Shown here piece by piece: positions 1 through 13,600 of a DNA stretch of 64,000 nucleotides (positions are counted from its first letter, which is position 1; each line of letters starts with the position of its first letter). The position numbers were made by a program, and so were the translations under genes. The DNA is from Lingula anatina. Taxonomy: Eukaryota > Animalia > Brachiopoda. The DNA is taken from the NCBI GenBank assembly GCA_051362555.1, contig CM120641.1, positions 28,216,401 through 28,280,400 of the forward strand, given 5' to 3'. The notes below the pieces were generated by a model that saw only the letters and a list, made by a program, of their open reading frames with translations, was not told where the DNA came from and did not search any database.

Positions 1-677
1 TGGATGAGGTCCCACTAAAATTGATAACCATTGGTAACACTTTGATTCCCTATCTGCAGACTGTGATGTAAGTTACTGGGGTGATCAATTAAAAATATGA
101 GTTTGGACTATAGTTTTTATAAAAGTGTATTTTTTCAAAGATGCTGGTCCAATCAGACCAGTGGAATATTCTTAATTATTGTAGATAAATTTTCAATTTG
201 AAGTTTTCATCTTCAAACTAGTAAAATAATTTGATTTGGTCCAGTAAAGTTCTCTGAGGTCTTCTTGTCAGAGTGACCAGTGAACTGATTTAAATATGGT
301 GCATGTATTACGTCTTAGATAGATTGAGGCAGTTGACTGTAGCAAATAGTACCGATTTATGAAGAGTACTGATAACTGATGTCTTTCTCAATGCTTTCTC
401 AACCCTCGTGTTTTTAACTGATGAAATGGCACATGTAACTGACTTATCTACAGGAAATTAACAAAAGAAAAACAACTGTGTGCATTTGTCCAAATTTGCA
501 AATTGTAAACTAAAACAAACATATTCTCCCACAAGAAATAAATTCTGAACAACAGTGTCTTCATACTTAATGTAATACAGAGCTTGTTCTAGTACATACA
601 TGTATACACGAATGCCTTTGTGATTGTGCATGTATGTCCCTACAAGCAGTAGTATAGATATTGCACAAGATGCTTAC

Positions 678-3600
678 CTGTCTCTGTTTATCCAGCACAC
701 AATGGTAGGTGACCAAGCTTGCCAGAACTGGGAAGATATAGGAGTGGAACTCTGATTTGGAGAACTTTTGCGGAGTCTCTCGCAGCTTCTCTGGCAAGCC
801 AAGGTTACGATCGCTCACCATAGCACACAGTTTCCGGCTCATGCTTTCAACATATTCACTTGCAGCAAGCACTAGGGTTTTGTTTTGAAGGAGCAGGCAG
901 AGACCTTCAAGGACTACCCTCAGGACCCTCCAATCTTTTTCCTATCATATTAAAATGGTAAAAAAGTCAACTGTGTCTAAAGAGACTTTTTACCACCTAC
1001 GAGGTATGAAGTTTCAATCCTTCGTCAAAAACAATCACAGGTTTAATCTCTTTGAAGAAGATTGACTTTTTTACATGTCTACTCAAGAAGGTGATGCAAA
1101 TCCTATTTCACCAAAACAAAATGGTCAACTTTGCTGACATATGACTATCTTGACATAAGTGTCACTCTCTCACAGTCAGGTAAAAAGCACAAATCTGGAA
1201 AAATTGTTTTCAATCCACACACCAGATTGCACATGAAAAAAATAAAACATTCAGAAATACTTACAAACTCCAGGCAACAGTTGAACATTGAGAAGGCCTG
1301 TGTATACTGCAGCACTGTGGAATTAAAGGGGGCAATAACAGGGGAAGGTGCCGCACTGCTGGCAGGACTCACTCTACTGTTTCTGCGTTCAGACACATCT
1401 CTACAGAGATATAGGAAAACCAACCTCAATAATCTTTAATTTTTATACCTCAGAACATCTGGCAATCATTTTATACTGCACATTGGCATTCAAACTCTAC
1501 TGAGATAAAATGAAAGACATTTTATTTCATAGCTCAGGTTTATGAAAACAATATGCCTTGATAAATGGTCAACAAAATTTGCTTTTGTTTTTCTACCTCA
1601 TCTTTTTATGCTCGTCAGAGTAGCTTTACCATCTGTAATCTGAGGAGAGAATTAGAAAAGATACCTGTAGTCACACTGCATAAAATAACTGTATTTTCTC
1701 TTGTTTTGTGTAAATGGCTCTATCAATCCAAGGCGATGGAGGGCATCAGCTCTAAGGCTAAGGAAGCACTGAAAAATCTGAAATTCAAGGCATAAATCTA
1801 AGTAACATTATAATGCACTATGCACCTAGTGTCAATAATTTGAATAAACCCTTCAGTACTGTAACTTTTAACAAATAATGTATGCCAGAACCTATATTAC
1901 AAAATTTAGATGTTGTATATAATTTCTGAAAAATGTAACATCCGTACCATGAGTCTTATTGCAGTGGAGGACTCGGTGTTGAAGTTTTGGCTGTAGTGGT
2001 CTTGCAGGTGACTGATCAGCAGCTCATATGCCTTCACTGCATGACTGGAGGGGAGGCTGAACATCTTTGTCTATAAGAAACAAAATAATGTAATGACCGG
2101 TTTCATATGACACTGACTGTGGCTGATCAAGATATATCATAGTGGAATTAACATTTTAAATAATATATTTTAATCAAACAGCCATACTTATTCTATCAAG
2201 CTGCAGGGAAAGATGTGTGAACAAATTATGGTGATTCTGTCATCTGCCATCACTTTCACTATGCACATCTGAAATGTGTGACTTAAGTTTTCCTTGAAGC
2301 AAAGAACTATTATAGTATGATTCTAAAAGATGTTCCCTGTTTTTCACACTCCTTCTACCTATAATAAAACACATATCTTTTCGGATATTTAGATATTTAC
2401 CTTAAATATATCCACCAATCCAAAAACAGCTGTTTTGATGTCTTCTGGACAGCAATCCTCTCTCATGCACAGCCCTTCAGACTCCTTGGCAAGTGATGAA
2501 GAAGATATGGTCTTCTGTCGGGGTCTCTGGACAACCTAGTGCAATCAGAACTTAATTTTGATAGAATGTTTTGAAGAGCATGTTAAAATGTTAAAATTCT
2601 AAAATCTGTTAACATATTAACTTTGTATTAACCATTCCTTCACTGACTCACTTTAATAAAATCCTCTTTTTTAGTTTTTCATTGTCTATTGTGTAATGAT
2701 GACAGAAAAGGTAAACATAGAAGAGTCAGCCGTGATTGAGTCAGTAGTGTGATCAAGAACCTTTGATGAAGGGACAAAATGTCAAGCCTCATCGTAAGAA
2801 AACATGATCTGTCTCTTTAGAACCTGTTTTCTTTTTCATCACAGCATTGAAAAAGGATAAAGGCCCCTCGTTATTTCACCTTTTCTATGAGGGCCAAAAT
2901 CTCCATACACCTGGGGGAGGAGCAACCCAGAGCCAGGTTAACTAGAAGCTGTGTGGCTAGTACTCGCACTTCAGGGTCACTGTCAGATTCAATGTGGCCC
3001 AGGTGAGGCAGCACTGCTTCTTTCACCAGATCATCCTAAAATGTAATAACTTGTAAATGTACTTGACAAATACTTTACACTGGTGTTTCTATATAATAGC
3101 ATTACAGAGTGCTCATAAGCTGCAGGTCATCTAAATCTTGGTATTGACATAACATGAACTGTTAGTTGGGAGAAATAGGTAAATGTCCAGTATATTTTAA
3201 AGAATGGGATCAAGCCATAAGAAAGTCAAATACAGACAAGGACAATTTGACAGGAAATATTACAAAACAAGGATTGGAGGGTTTCTGCCTAAAATTTTAA
3301 AAATTTATGAATAGTTAAATATTAATAGCATACCTCATAAAGCTGTTTGTTCTTACTGATAATATCTGCCAGAACATCTAGGGCCTTCAGTCGTATCTTG
3401 GTTCTGGTGTCCTGTCTGTAGCAAAAAATACAAAATTAAGTAAAAAAAAAAAATCATTATTATGTACTTAACTTCAGTATCTCTGAACTAAACTGCAGTG
3501 ATTGAAAATGTATTTTACTTAATCAGACAATCAGAACATATCAAAAGGGCCTAAAGAAACAAGTATTTAATTATATCAAAACACTGATTCTATCTCCAAC

Positions 3601-6600
3601 CATAATATAAAAATACCATCAGAATGATGCTTGTTTTTTCATCTAATCAACTACCAGAATTCATTCCTTTAAAAGGGAAGGGGCGGCAAAAAGATCTAAT
3701 TAGCTGGTAAAAACCACTTGGCACTCTTTTTCAGGAAAATAGTTCAACATAATATCTCAGCAGTACCTAAAATACTTTTCCATAAGAACATAGATGTTTC
3801 TTATCCAGTCTTCTTTGGCAGGGTGAATTGACTGGGCCCTGAACATTATTAGCAATAACACTGAGTGTTCCTGAAATGGAACATATAACAGGTGTGATAA
3901 TTACTCCAATATAAGTATGAAACTGATCCCAGGACTCGTGGAAGGTCATAATGACATTAGCTTGAAGTGTTTTGAGTCTTGCAAATGTTAATGCTAAATG
4001 GTCTGACTTCACATTAAAATGACTCCCCAAATATAAAATAATAATCCTAATAATTTTCCTATCTACAATTCATCTCAACTTGTGAATGTATCATTCATTG
4101 TTCAGGTTTGCTTGGTTGAGCACCTTCATTAAAAGTGAGGAAAACATCTTTTGCTATCAAATATGATGACTATGAATATAGGAAAAAATCCTACACAAAA
4201 TCAATATAAATTCACAAATCTGACAAATTAAAAAAAAACATCATATAAGTGAACCACAGTGTAATGTTTCAGCAAATATACAGTTGACTTTCATGATAAA
4301 CAAATTTTTATTTGTCTTAGAAGACAAAAGCAAAAAATCTTACTGGTCTTTTCGTGGCACATTTCTCAATGATATTAAAGAAAGTTGAGGTTGACCCATG
4401 ATATTGTTGCTCTTCATACAGGTTCTCTATGGTGGACAGGATGTCATGGAGTTTACTGGTCACTGCAGCCTCGTGAACAATCACAGTCTAAAATGAAGAG
4501 AGACAGGATACAATTGTGTGTAGAGGTGAGGCTATATGTATGTATATTAATGCCACCCTCAAAGGCAAAACTACAATGGTTTACTACTTAGGGCAGTATT
4601 GAAAATAAAATAAAATAAACAAATGTACTCCATGTAAATTACTGTATAGTATGTGATCTTGCTATAAAGGTGCTCTCACCATTCATTCAATTCAATCCAA
4701 TCACGTGAAAACCAGGTATTCCAAACTGATCAACTATTCTATAACAGTATACCACCTTCTCTAATTACCTGGGTTAGCTCTAACATGTATTCAAGAATCT
4801 CCAGTATAATATCCCATGCCACCAGTTGCAGCTCTTTTCCATACTTCTTTACCAGCCTCTCCAGTGACAGCACCACTTCAAAGGCAACCAGGGCGTGCTT
4901 GCACTGCAAGGCCTTGGGAATAAAATCAGGGGAATAATCACTGTATTAAGTACATAATTACCAAATATAATTACCAAAACCGTAATTACTTTAAATTTTT
5001 AAACTTCTCACTTAAACGTAATCTTTAACTTTTTCAAGATTTCAAGATTTATCACTTTAAGATACTGACAAAAATGCATTTTCTGACTTTTAGACTACAT
5101 ATTTTCAGCAAAAAAACAATTAAGCACTGCTTTATGGAAAATTACTAATGTATTCTCTTTAAACATATAGAGACACAACTGTATACCTCACTAGTTCATA
5201 ACACCAGAAAAACTGAAAAACAGTGACTCCATTCACCCTGAGCACAAAGCCATCGAAACATTATGCAAACAAATATCAAGTGCCACAAAAAAAAAAAGTC
5301 AGTTTGTTTACCTACCTGTAGAAATGAAGGTAATACAGAGGAAGGGGTGTGCTTAAGTGATGTAACTTTTTTGGATCCCCAAAGTGCCATTCCAACAAAG
5401 AAAACAGCTCCCCTCAGAAGACTGACATCGTGAAGGTTTCGACTAAAAGATGGAAGAATATAAGCCTAAAATAACTAGTCACTTTTAATAGTCAAATTTT
5501 CACAGGGTAATCTATTGTATTTCCCACATATTTATCAAATAGAGCCATGGGGATTTTCTTCATAATAACTGAGATGTTTCCATCTGGGTAAATGCCCTCA
5601 ATTAATGAATCACACAAATTGTGGTCAGATATACAGAGTACTGTTCTAATCATCTTCTCCCCAGCAAAAACCAACAATTCCAAACTTCTGTGTCTTAGGC
5701 TGCATTCCCATAGATTTAGATCAATCCATCTAGATCGACCTAACTCCTTGGGGGTTTCACGCTAAATTGATGTCAGCTGAGTGCGCACGGTAGTTAATTA
5801 CCCCCTTACAGCTTTCAGTAGGCAGGACAGACGCTTAAGCTGGCTAAGCTGACAGTAATCTAGTGAGACTCCCCACAGGGATAGATCGATCTAAAATCTG
5901 TGGGAATGGAGTCTTACTTGTCTTGCAGTATGCAGCACATGGTGTATATCCCACTGTGGCCAAGATGGGTGCCCAGCAAGTTCCTCATCAGCTAAAAATC
6001 AAAAACATGTGGTGACATTGACTGTAGTACTCCTTTCAAAAAAGCTAGGCATAGGATACAGTGAATTTAAATTGAAAAAAAGGAAATACAGGATCCATAA
6101 GAAACCTGCACAGGAAACTACATAACAATAAATAATGGTTAGTAAGTTTTTTAATGTTTTTTAGGTCTTATGCCACCTCCAATAATAATTTGAAACACTG
6201 TGACATAATAGAATGGATGTTGTAAATATCCATTTAGTATGAAAAAAAAAATTTTATTTGATCTGTAAATACTTACACGGAAATATATTCATTGTTTAGA
6301 TCCTTACTTTTTTGACATCTTGTTGATTGTTTCATCAAGATGTCATTCAATAGCAACATCACAATCAAATTAAAAAAAAAACAACTCAAATACAAACCAT
6401 CCTCAACATGGTTCAAATCTTTCCCTCCTTACCTTCCAACTTGTTTGGCAGAATTTCTCCACGTTGACAGACCTGCACAGTGCCTCAATGAAGTAGTACA
6501 GCGAATCAGATGGCAGAAAACTGTAGCAAACAACAGTGTCTAGTACTTGCAGGCAGAGCTGAAAAAATAAAATAAGCCCCATGGCAGATAAACTTTCAAG

Positions 6601-8948
6601 GCCTCTTAATACTAAAGAAATTTATATTTTGTGCATAAGATATTCAAAACTGAGAATTTCTCAGATATCTTTTTTTCATTATTTGTCAAAATCATCAATT
6701 TATGAAAACATACTCTTTTCATGTATCAACTAACTAGCCACATTTAAATGTAGTGCTAACATATATGCATAACAACCAAGTGGTTTATGTTAACACTTAC
6801 ATCAATATTCTCTTCTGATTTTGACCTGTTTGCCACCACACATGTATACCTGCATAGCAAAATATGTACAATGCTTATACATGTATAAAATACATAACAT
6901 CTGTGGTTCTTCTATACCTTATCAATATCTGAGTATAAGTATTCTCTTTTAATTCAAGCAAGCTCCCAACCAACCATTTTAAAGGGTCAAGAAATTATCA
7001 AGCACATGGGTTCATGTACAGTAGGACTGCCTTTAGTGTAGTATTTCAAACTAAATGGAGAATTCAAATTGGGAAAAATATGAATTCACTAGATCATTCT
7101 GTCTTTACAAACCTGACAAGTCCCGAGACTACATCCTGGTCCAAGTATGCAGCATTGAATTTGATAGCATTAATCAACAGCTGCAGAAATTCAGCCACTT
7201 TGGAGAAGGTGATCAGTTCAGGCATCCATTTCAACAGAAAGGGCCCCGTCTCCTCCTCAAAGTAGGTCAAATCCTTCCCATTGTCGCTTAACACGATGAA
7301 AAGCTCCAGTCTGAAATAAAATTAAGTTAAATTAAATTAATAAAATTAAGACATCAAATTCAGGCAGCTTGCCAAAACAGATATTTGCAGACACAAATCT
7401 GAGTTAATAACTTGTAAGTTTTGATTGAGGTTTGATTCAAATTGTTCTGCCTAAGTTTTACTACAAAATAATTACCCAAGTCTGCAGTAGGGATTTGCAG
7501 TAGTCTAACATGACCTACAAAGATTATGACACTTGTTTAATATCCAACAATTCTGTTAAAATCAATTTATCAAAAGAAGACACTGCCTATCTAAAAATAA
7601 TTTACCTTTCTGCCAAATCTTCTGGGATGGCATGGTTAACAATTACACGAAAGAAGTGGGCACGCATTATCCCCAAGTTTTTATACTGGAAATAAAACAA
7701 CTGAAAAATTTGCAGACTGCAACAGTAAGCTTCTGATATAATACCTACCAGAAGTTGAATGGCTTAAATCATGTAGACCAAGGTATGAACTAGTATATAA
7801 TAATGTTTTTCTGAAGAAAAGTTCTGTAACAGTTAACAGATTTTATAGTTTATTTTAATGTTCATATACAATTATAGGTCCCATAGCTATATAAGAGTCA
7901 AAAAGATCAAAATACCTGATGAAATAACAAAATTAACTGAGATTCTGCAATTTTCTAAATAATATTAAACCTAAATTATTCAATCAGTCCTATACAACTT
8001 ATTATATCACATGTATAAATTTTCATGCTGGCTTTTATTTGTGGATATGAGTGTATACATACCTGTCCTTTAATCAAACAAATAACAAACTTCATGGCAA
8101 TGTGCCGGTTTTCTGTGGTTACATGGGGCTGTAATAGGTCAGCAATGGTCAACCAGAGAGTTTCAACTGCATTCTGAAACAAAACACACATTTCATGTGA
8201 AGTTCTAAAATTTTGGGCAATTCAGAAAGAAGTTATACATATTAATTTAAGGTCTTTGTATCAAAAGAACATTGGTAAGTCTCTCTGCATATATGTATAT
8301 TGTTGAGTCGGACGTAGAAGTGGAGAGCATTATCAAAAGTTTAGAGTGTAAATTATTCACTTGATATGGATAGGTTGCTAAAATAAAATGGATCATGTTT
8401 GAGGTAATAGTATGTGGAAACCACCCTTACTGGCTCCAGCTCTTTTTCTTGGACCTCTTTGGACAAATCTCTTATCATCTTCATTCTGTTGTTAGCTGGA
8501 CTCTCTGAACTTATTTCCTGAAATAAAAAAATCCATTAAAGGAAAAAAGTAATCATATTAAATAAGAATCATGTAAGCCATCAAGATGACTTTGGAAATT
8601 AACAAGAAGCTTAGTATTCTCTGTTATATATGCATTATCAATTCCTGGATTTATCTTTAAATTGTTCAAAAATAGTGTTCAGATACCAGTATGTGAATTC
8701 TCTTTAAGCCAAACATTAATTTCTAATTTGTAATCCTATCTGAAATAAATCATTATCATTTTGCTCTTCTACATGTGTTAATTCCACTAATTTCAAGGAA
8801 TCTGCTATACCTTGAGGAGTTCTGCAGTGAAAATGAACTCCCTGCTTGGAGGGCGTATTCCAGGTCCATGTCCTGTCCCACTCTTAGAGAAGCCTAAGAA
8901 GTGTTTTAGTCTGTCCAGCTTGGACTCTTCCGGTTTTCCTGATGCCAT
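678..8948 (-). CDS. TSC2: Tuberin (TSC2), N-terminal 797 codons in 19 coding exons; gene continues beyond the left edge
   Basis: GT-AG exons (minus): 8811-8948, 8431-8517, 8063-8173, 7606-7685, 7113-7310, 6801-6849, 6433-6558, 5918-5991, 5316-5442, 4769-4912, 4344-4487, 3767-3870, 3334-3415, 2880-3035, 2401-2535, 1948-2070, 1665-1777, 1265-1400, 678-941. They total 2391 nt with consistent phases. Translation [19 protein letters not shown]...[11 protein letters not shown]...[16 protein letters not shown]...[19 protein letters not shown]...[15 protein letters not shown]...EKDWRVL resembles human TSC2 (e.g. [32 protein letters not shown]). Confidence 0.97.
5698..5913. mobile_element. MITE, PIF/Harbinger-like, in a TSC2 intron abutting the splice donor
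   Basis: Imperfect TIRs: left GGCTGCATTCCCATAGATTTAGATC, right reverse complement GACTCCATTCCCACAGATTTTAGATC. TTA at 5695-5697 and 5914-5916 fits a 3-bp TWA TSD. No ORF. Confidence 0.7.
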
Positions 8949-9704
8949 GTTATTTCAGGTTTTATCGGGTTGTTGGTACTTGGTAACAGCTGGAAATTAA
9001 TTCAATATTTTAAATGGTATACAAACCAGCAGTGCATAGCATACATGTAGTTTTATAGATGAAATGGTGTTAAATATGCTGGCAGGTTGATGCTGAAAAA
9101 AAACTTATGTCTACACATCTACATGCAGAGCCAAAGTAAAGACAAGTAGGGGCTGATTGAGAGGTAGAAGTCTGGATACAGTGACAGTAATCCTGCAGCT
9201 ATGATGGCACTATCTTTTTTTTTTTTTTTTTTTCTTATTATTATTTTTTATTTATTTTTTTTATTTATTTTTTTGCTTTCCTTCTTTATTTATCATTTTT
9301 AAAAGTTTTTATTTGTGGAGAAAAAGAGAACATTTTATTTCAATCATTAATCTTATTAAAGGTTTAAAATCCATACTGGAGTCTACAATTTAATTAGGTA
9401 GATCGTAATTCAAGCATCAGCTTTAAACAACTGGCCCTCGATCATTGGTTTTGAAACAACAACTCGAAGAACCCAAGCAACAGATGTCTTAGCATGGAAC
9501 ATCACGCGATAGCAATGTTATTAACGTTTTTTGACCCTGCTAAGACAGCCGCCTTTAAGTAACATCAAAGACAAAGTCAAAATACAGTGACTGAGTAGCT
9601 TAGGAGACCACTCTACAGATGAACTTGGCGACAAATAAGGAGCGGCAACTGGTCCATCTAAAAGCTCCATTCACGTAAAATAACAGAAGCTAAAATAACT
9701 TTAC

Positions 9705-9830
9705 CGAACAGGCATATGCATTTTCATGAGACACCTTTTTGTTCGCTTTCCATTTACATCACGGGACTTGACATCCCGCAGACACCATTTTGCGCACTAC
9801 AACGGAAATACACCTGATGCGCATGAGACA
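9705..9830 (-). promoter_or_regulatory. Putative TSC2 promoter and non-coding first exon
   Basis: Minus-strand donor (TCG|gtaaag) at 9704 and acceptor (ttccag) at 8990, just upstream of the ATG exon. CpG density rises here. Housekeeping-type motifs at ~9785-9825: CAAAATGG (YY1-like, minus), ACTACAA, TGCGCATG (NRF1-like). Confidence 0.5.
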
Positions 9831-10308
9831 TTATAATCTCCAATATTGAAGAACTAAAGTAGTCAAGACACTTCAAAGAGTTTGACTTTGTTTAAACATT
9901 TGTACAGCCTTTCGAATGAGAAATGTTGATGTTTTAATTGCAAATTACAAGTTTAAGCAATAAAATACAGGTGGTGATTAGTTTACGGTGTGATTATTCA
10001 GTCCGAAGATGGCCCAAGTCGTGTCAAGCCACAAGATGGAAAACAACACTTTTTTCCCGCCTTTTAACTTTTTTCTATTTGAAAGCGTCATAAAACTCAA
10101 TCAGAATTAACAGCTTCAGTGCTTGAATTTATTGAATATATTTTTCGTAAAACAGCCAAAATTCTGCATTTTACCAGATACGGGAGGGGGGGGGGAGTTG
10201 AAGACATATATCAAGTCGCCTTTCCATTCAACTTTTAGCAATTAAAATAACGGCCGAGCACCCAATAATGATTGAACTTGATTAGCTTTTCTTAACCCCA
10301 TGCTGTAA

Positions 10309-10310
<2 letters not shown>

Positions 10311-10355
<45 letters not shown>
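10311..10355. repeat. (CT)n microsatellite
   Basis: Perfect dinucleotide run. Confidence 0.95.
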
Positions 10356-10360
<5 letters not shown>

Positions 10361-10603
10361 TATACCTAGATGTAGGTCTACTTCAGATAATTGTCAATTT
10401 TCCACACACATTTTATTTACATAGTCACAGTATAGATTCCACTATCTTTAAGGTAGATGTCTCAAATCAAAAGTACAAATCCGATAATCCTCAACTGATG
10501 ACCTCGTTAAAATTTGTCACATGATCCCGTAGGATGGCAGATGTTGCGCTTGGAGGCTTTGTTAAGGGCATTTTCATTATACCAAAAACAAGGACTGCTT
10601 TGG

Positions 10604-10604
<1 letters not shown>

Positions 10605-10643
<39 letters not shown>
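10605..10643. repeat. (TTA)n microsatellite
   Basis: Perfect trinucleotide run. Confidence 0.95.
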
Positions 10644-10645
<2 letters not shown>

Positions 10646-13600
10646 ACAAATAACTATTTTTAGATGTAAAGATTTGCTTTGGCGATAACATCCACAATAC
10701 TGTAATGTGCCATGCCTTTTTTCTAATCAATAATTACTATAACTATCCCACAAAACGTTTTGCATGTAGGCCTTTTTGTTTATTTGAATATTTAGCATGC
10801 TTGAAAATTTCATTAGTCTAACCCATATAGAAATTTGGAGAGTGTTTTATTTTCATGCTAAGAAGTGATGGCTGATCGGTAAAAATAACTTAGGACATTT
10901 GTGGCATAGATTTGCGCCGTCACACTAAACTAGGTATTGATATCAGATAAAAATGTACGCTGTCTGTTACAGCAGAGAAGGCTTCAAAAACTTAAAACAC
11001 AGGCACTTACTTAAACTTGTCTCCTATATAAGGGGGTATATCTGGCGACCTTTCCTCTCCTTGAGATTAGTTCGTGTGCGTCTTTTGCAATATTTTAGTA
11101 AAATTCAAGAAAGAGGAAGTCAAGTGTCCTTGAGTTCATCAACAGATCGGTCTCAAGTGGTCCTTAATCTGTTTAAATGCGCCAATCTACAGTTTGCAAG
11201 CTTGAGAAAAAGCTTTAAAAGAGAAGCGACTTGATTAAAATAGTGAAGTTGAAAATCTTTTTTTTTTTCTTCTTTTTTTTATGAGGGAGCATACTTCCAA
11301 GACCGCCAGTATTTGGTACATGCAGGGTCCAAAGTTTATAAAGAATATTTTATTTTTTTGGCGATACACACATGGACACTGATAGGCATACGATTCCACA
11401 AGCATCATTATAAATAAGAGGACACTAAACTAACCGCTCCAACTTTTTCCGCCCGGTTTTCTTACAAAATGTACCGTATCAGAGCAATTTAAGTGAGAAA
11501 AAGTAAATGAGTTAAGAACATTTTTGGCAGTTTTGAATAGGTATGAATTATTTGGGATTGTCAAGTTATCCAACTGTTTTTCAGCCACGTTATGATGAAG
11601 TTATTTTAAACAATGGCGAGGTCGGGCTAAGTCAGCGAAACGCAACTGTGTCGGGCGGGCGGCACTGTTTCACCAGTTATTTCTAAAGATGAATTCCCTC
11701 GCTTTTGCAAGTACTGCAAGAGCTTTAACCATCTTGCAAACGTGGAGTATAATTTTCCATTGCCATTTTAAAACTTAAGCAATTTACTTGTTTGATTATT
11801 ATTAGATTTATATGTTTAACAAGGTTAAGTGTTTGTTTAGGCTAAAATAACATTTCTGCACATACATCTAATTTTCGAATAACTATTTTTATTAGGCAGT
11901 TGTTTTTTTATCTACACGGATAACAATGTCTGTTATGAAATGCTTACTCCCTTCATGCTACATGTATAACAATATATTCATGTTGTACTCGGTATTCTAA
12001 TTTTATGATCTCCACAGATGTACGTTTAACATTTATTTTCTTATGCATACGGCGGACATTATTACAGTAAAATAAGTTCCTGATATATCGCCATCTTAAA
12101 TATGATTTATGTTTTACGGATTAAATAATTATTTTGAATGGGTATCAATGTGTATTAAATTGATACATTAAAATTTCATTTGAGACACTTCACACATTTG
12201 GAGTCAAGACAAGAGCGACATATCAGACAACTTATCCTTCCAGTTCGACGAAGAGGATACCATATCACGAAGGTGTCATACTTATGAAGCTCCTTGTCCG
12301 CTTGCTGAGCACACAATTGGCGTCGCGATTGACATTGTAGATCACGCGTTCTTCCTGCTCGTTAGAGAAGGTGCCAAACTTGAAAAACCTTTATCATCCT
12401 ACTTAGCACACTTTACGTAGACTTAATAATCTCTAGAAGAACCCCAAAACGCCCCAGTCTCTGCTTATTTTGATGCTTTTAATATCTGCTACATGATACT
12501 TGACAGATGGCAATAGCCTTCGACGTGAGTTTGGTTAATCATCAAATTTTGGAAATCAGATATAATAATGATCGTGCTACATGAGCGATACAATTTTATG
12601 CAAGTATTACGAATTTGTAAATGTTTATTATTTCAAAATTTTATTTTATTTTATTTTATTTTATTTTATTTGTTCAATGGAGAAATAACTTCTATAGAAA
12701 TGCGTGCAATGACATATTTGGTCAGAACTCAAAATAATTTTGCATTAAACGTAGGTTGATATCCTTATAGCTGTCTCTTTCAAAAAGTTCCCCTCATTAA
12801 TTTTAGTACAGAAAGTAACATAACCCGTCCAACCATTACTTGAATCTTTTTCACTCCATCAAAACTTTTAACAGGTTTTAAAAATGGTGTAAAATTAGAA
12901 ATTAAAATTAAAAATTGAGAAGATAGATCACAAAAGTAAAAATAAAATTAAGGCAACTGAACCTTTCTCAGATTATAACACAGAAATCTCTTTATAATAA
13001 AAATGTCGAAATTATATTAGGGAATGAAAATAATTTGCAAAATTGAATTATATCAAAAGCTGGAAAATGGCACTTTTCTGCTTCCTCAACAGAAGTTAGA
13101 ACATGAAAATCTTCACGAATGTGACGTTGAGATTTCTTCGCTGATTCGTACCACATTTCATGTTGAAATATCTTGATAATCACCAATAAAATGTTATTTG
13201 TACGTTTGAAATCATTTTTAATTAGTAATTTGGTGTATTTTGTGGCAATTGGAGCACAGGTGGCGAATTTGAAATCTAAAGGTTAAATTTAGATCTAGCG
13301 TTTTCATCTAGGTATTTTTTACACTCTAATCAGTTAGAAAATATTATTTTCCGCTACTGACATTATAAACCCTCTTTAATATATGACAAACATAACGCCG
13401 TTGAAGTGTATTTGTGAACGATAAATTAATGTTTGTAGACCTACCGGAAAATAACTCGCCTTTTGGGAGCAGCACCCATGCCTCTAGAATTTTTATGGGT
13501 AATTGTCAAATATTTTACAATGACAGTATAACGTGAAAATGAGAGGACACAGTATACGAAGGGTGTAGGGTAGATAGATGTTGGGCATAAGTATCTTGAG

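Noticed and set aside
2725-2800. Possible tRNA-derived SINE head
   Set aside because: Only a weak A-box resemblance; no B-box, tail or TSD. No tRNA or rRNA gene was recognisable anywhere in the window.
10449-12193. Possible old TTAA-type (Kolobok-like) DNA transposon
   Set aside because: Only ~10-14 bp of inverted match (TGTCTCAAAT), no second TSD, no coding remnant.
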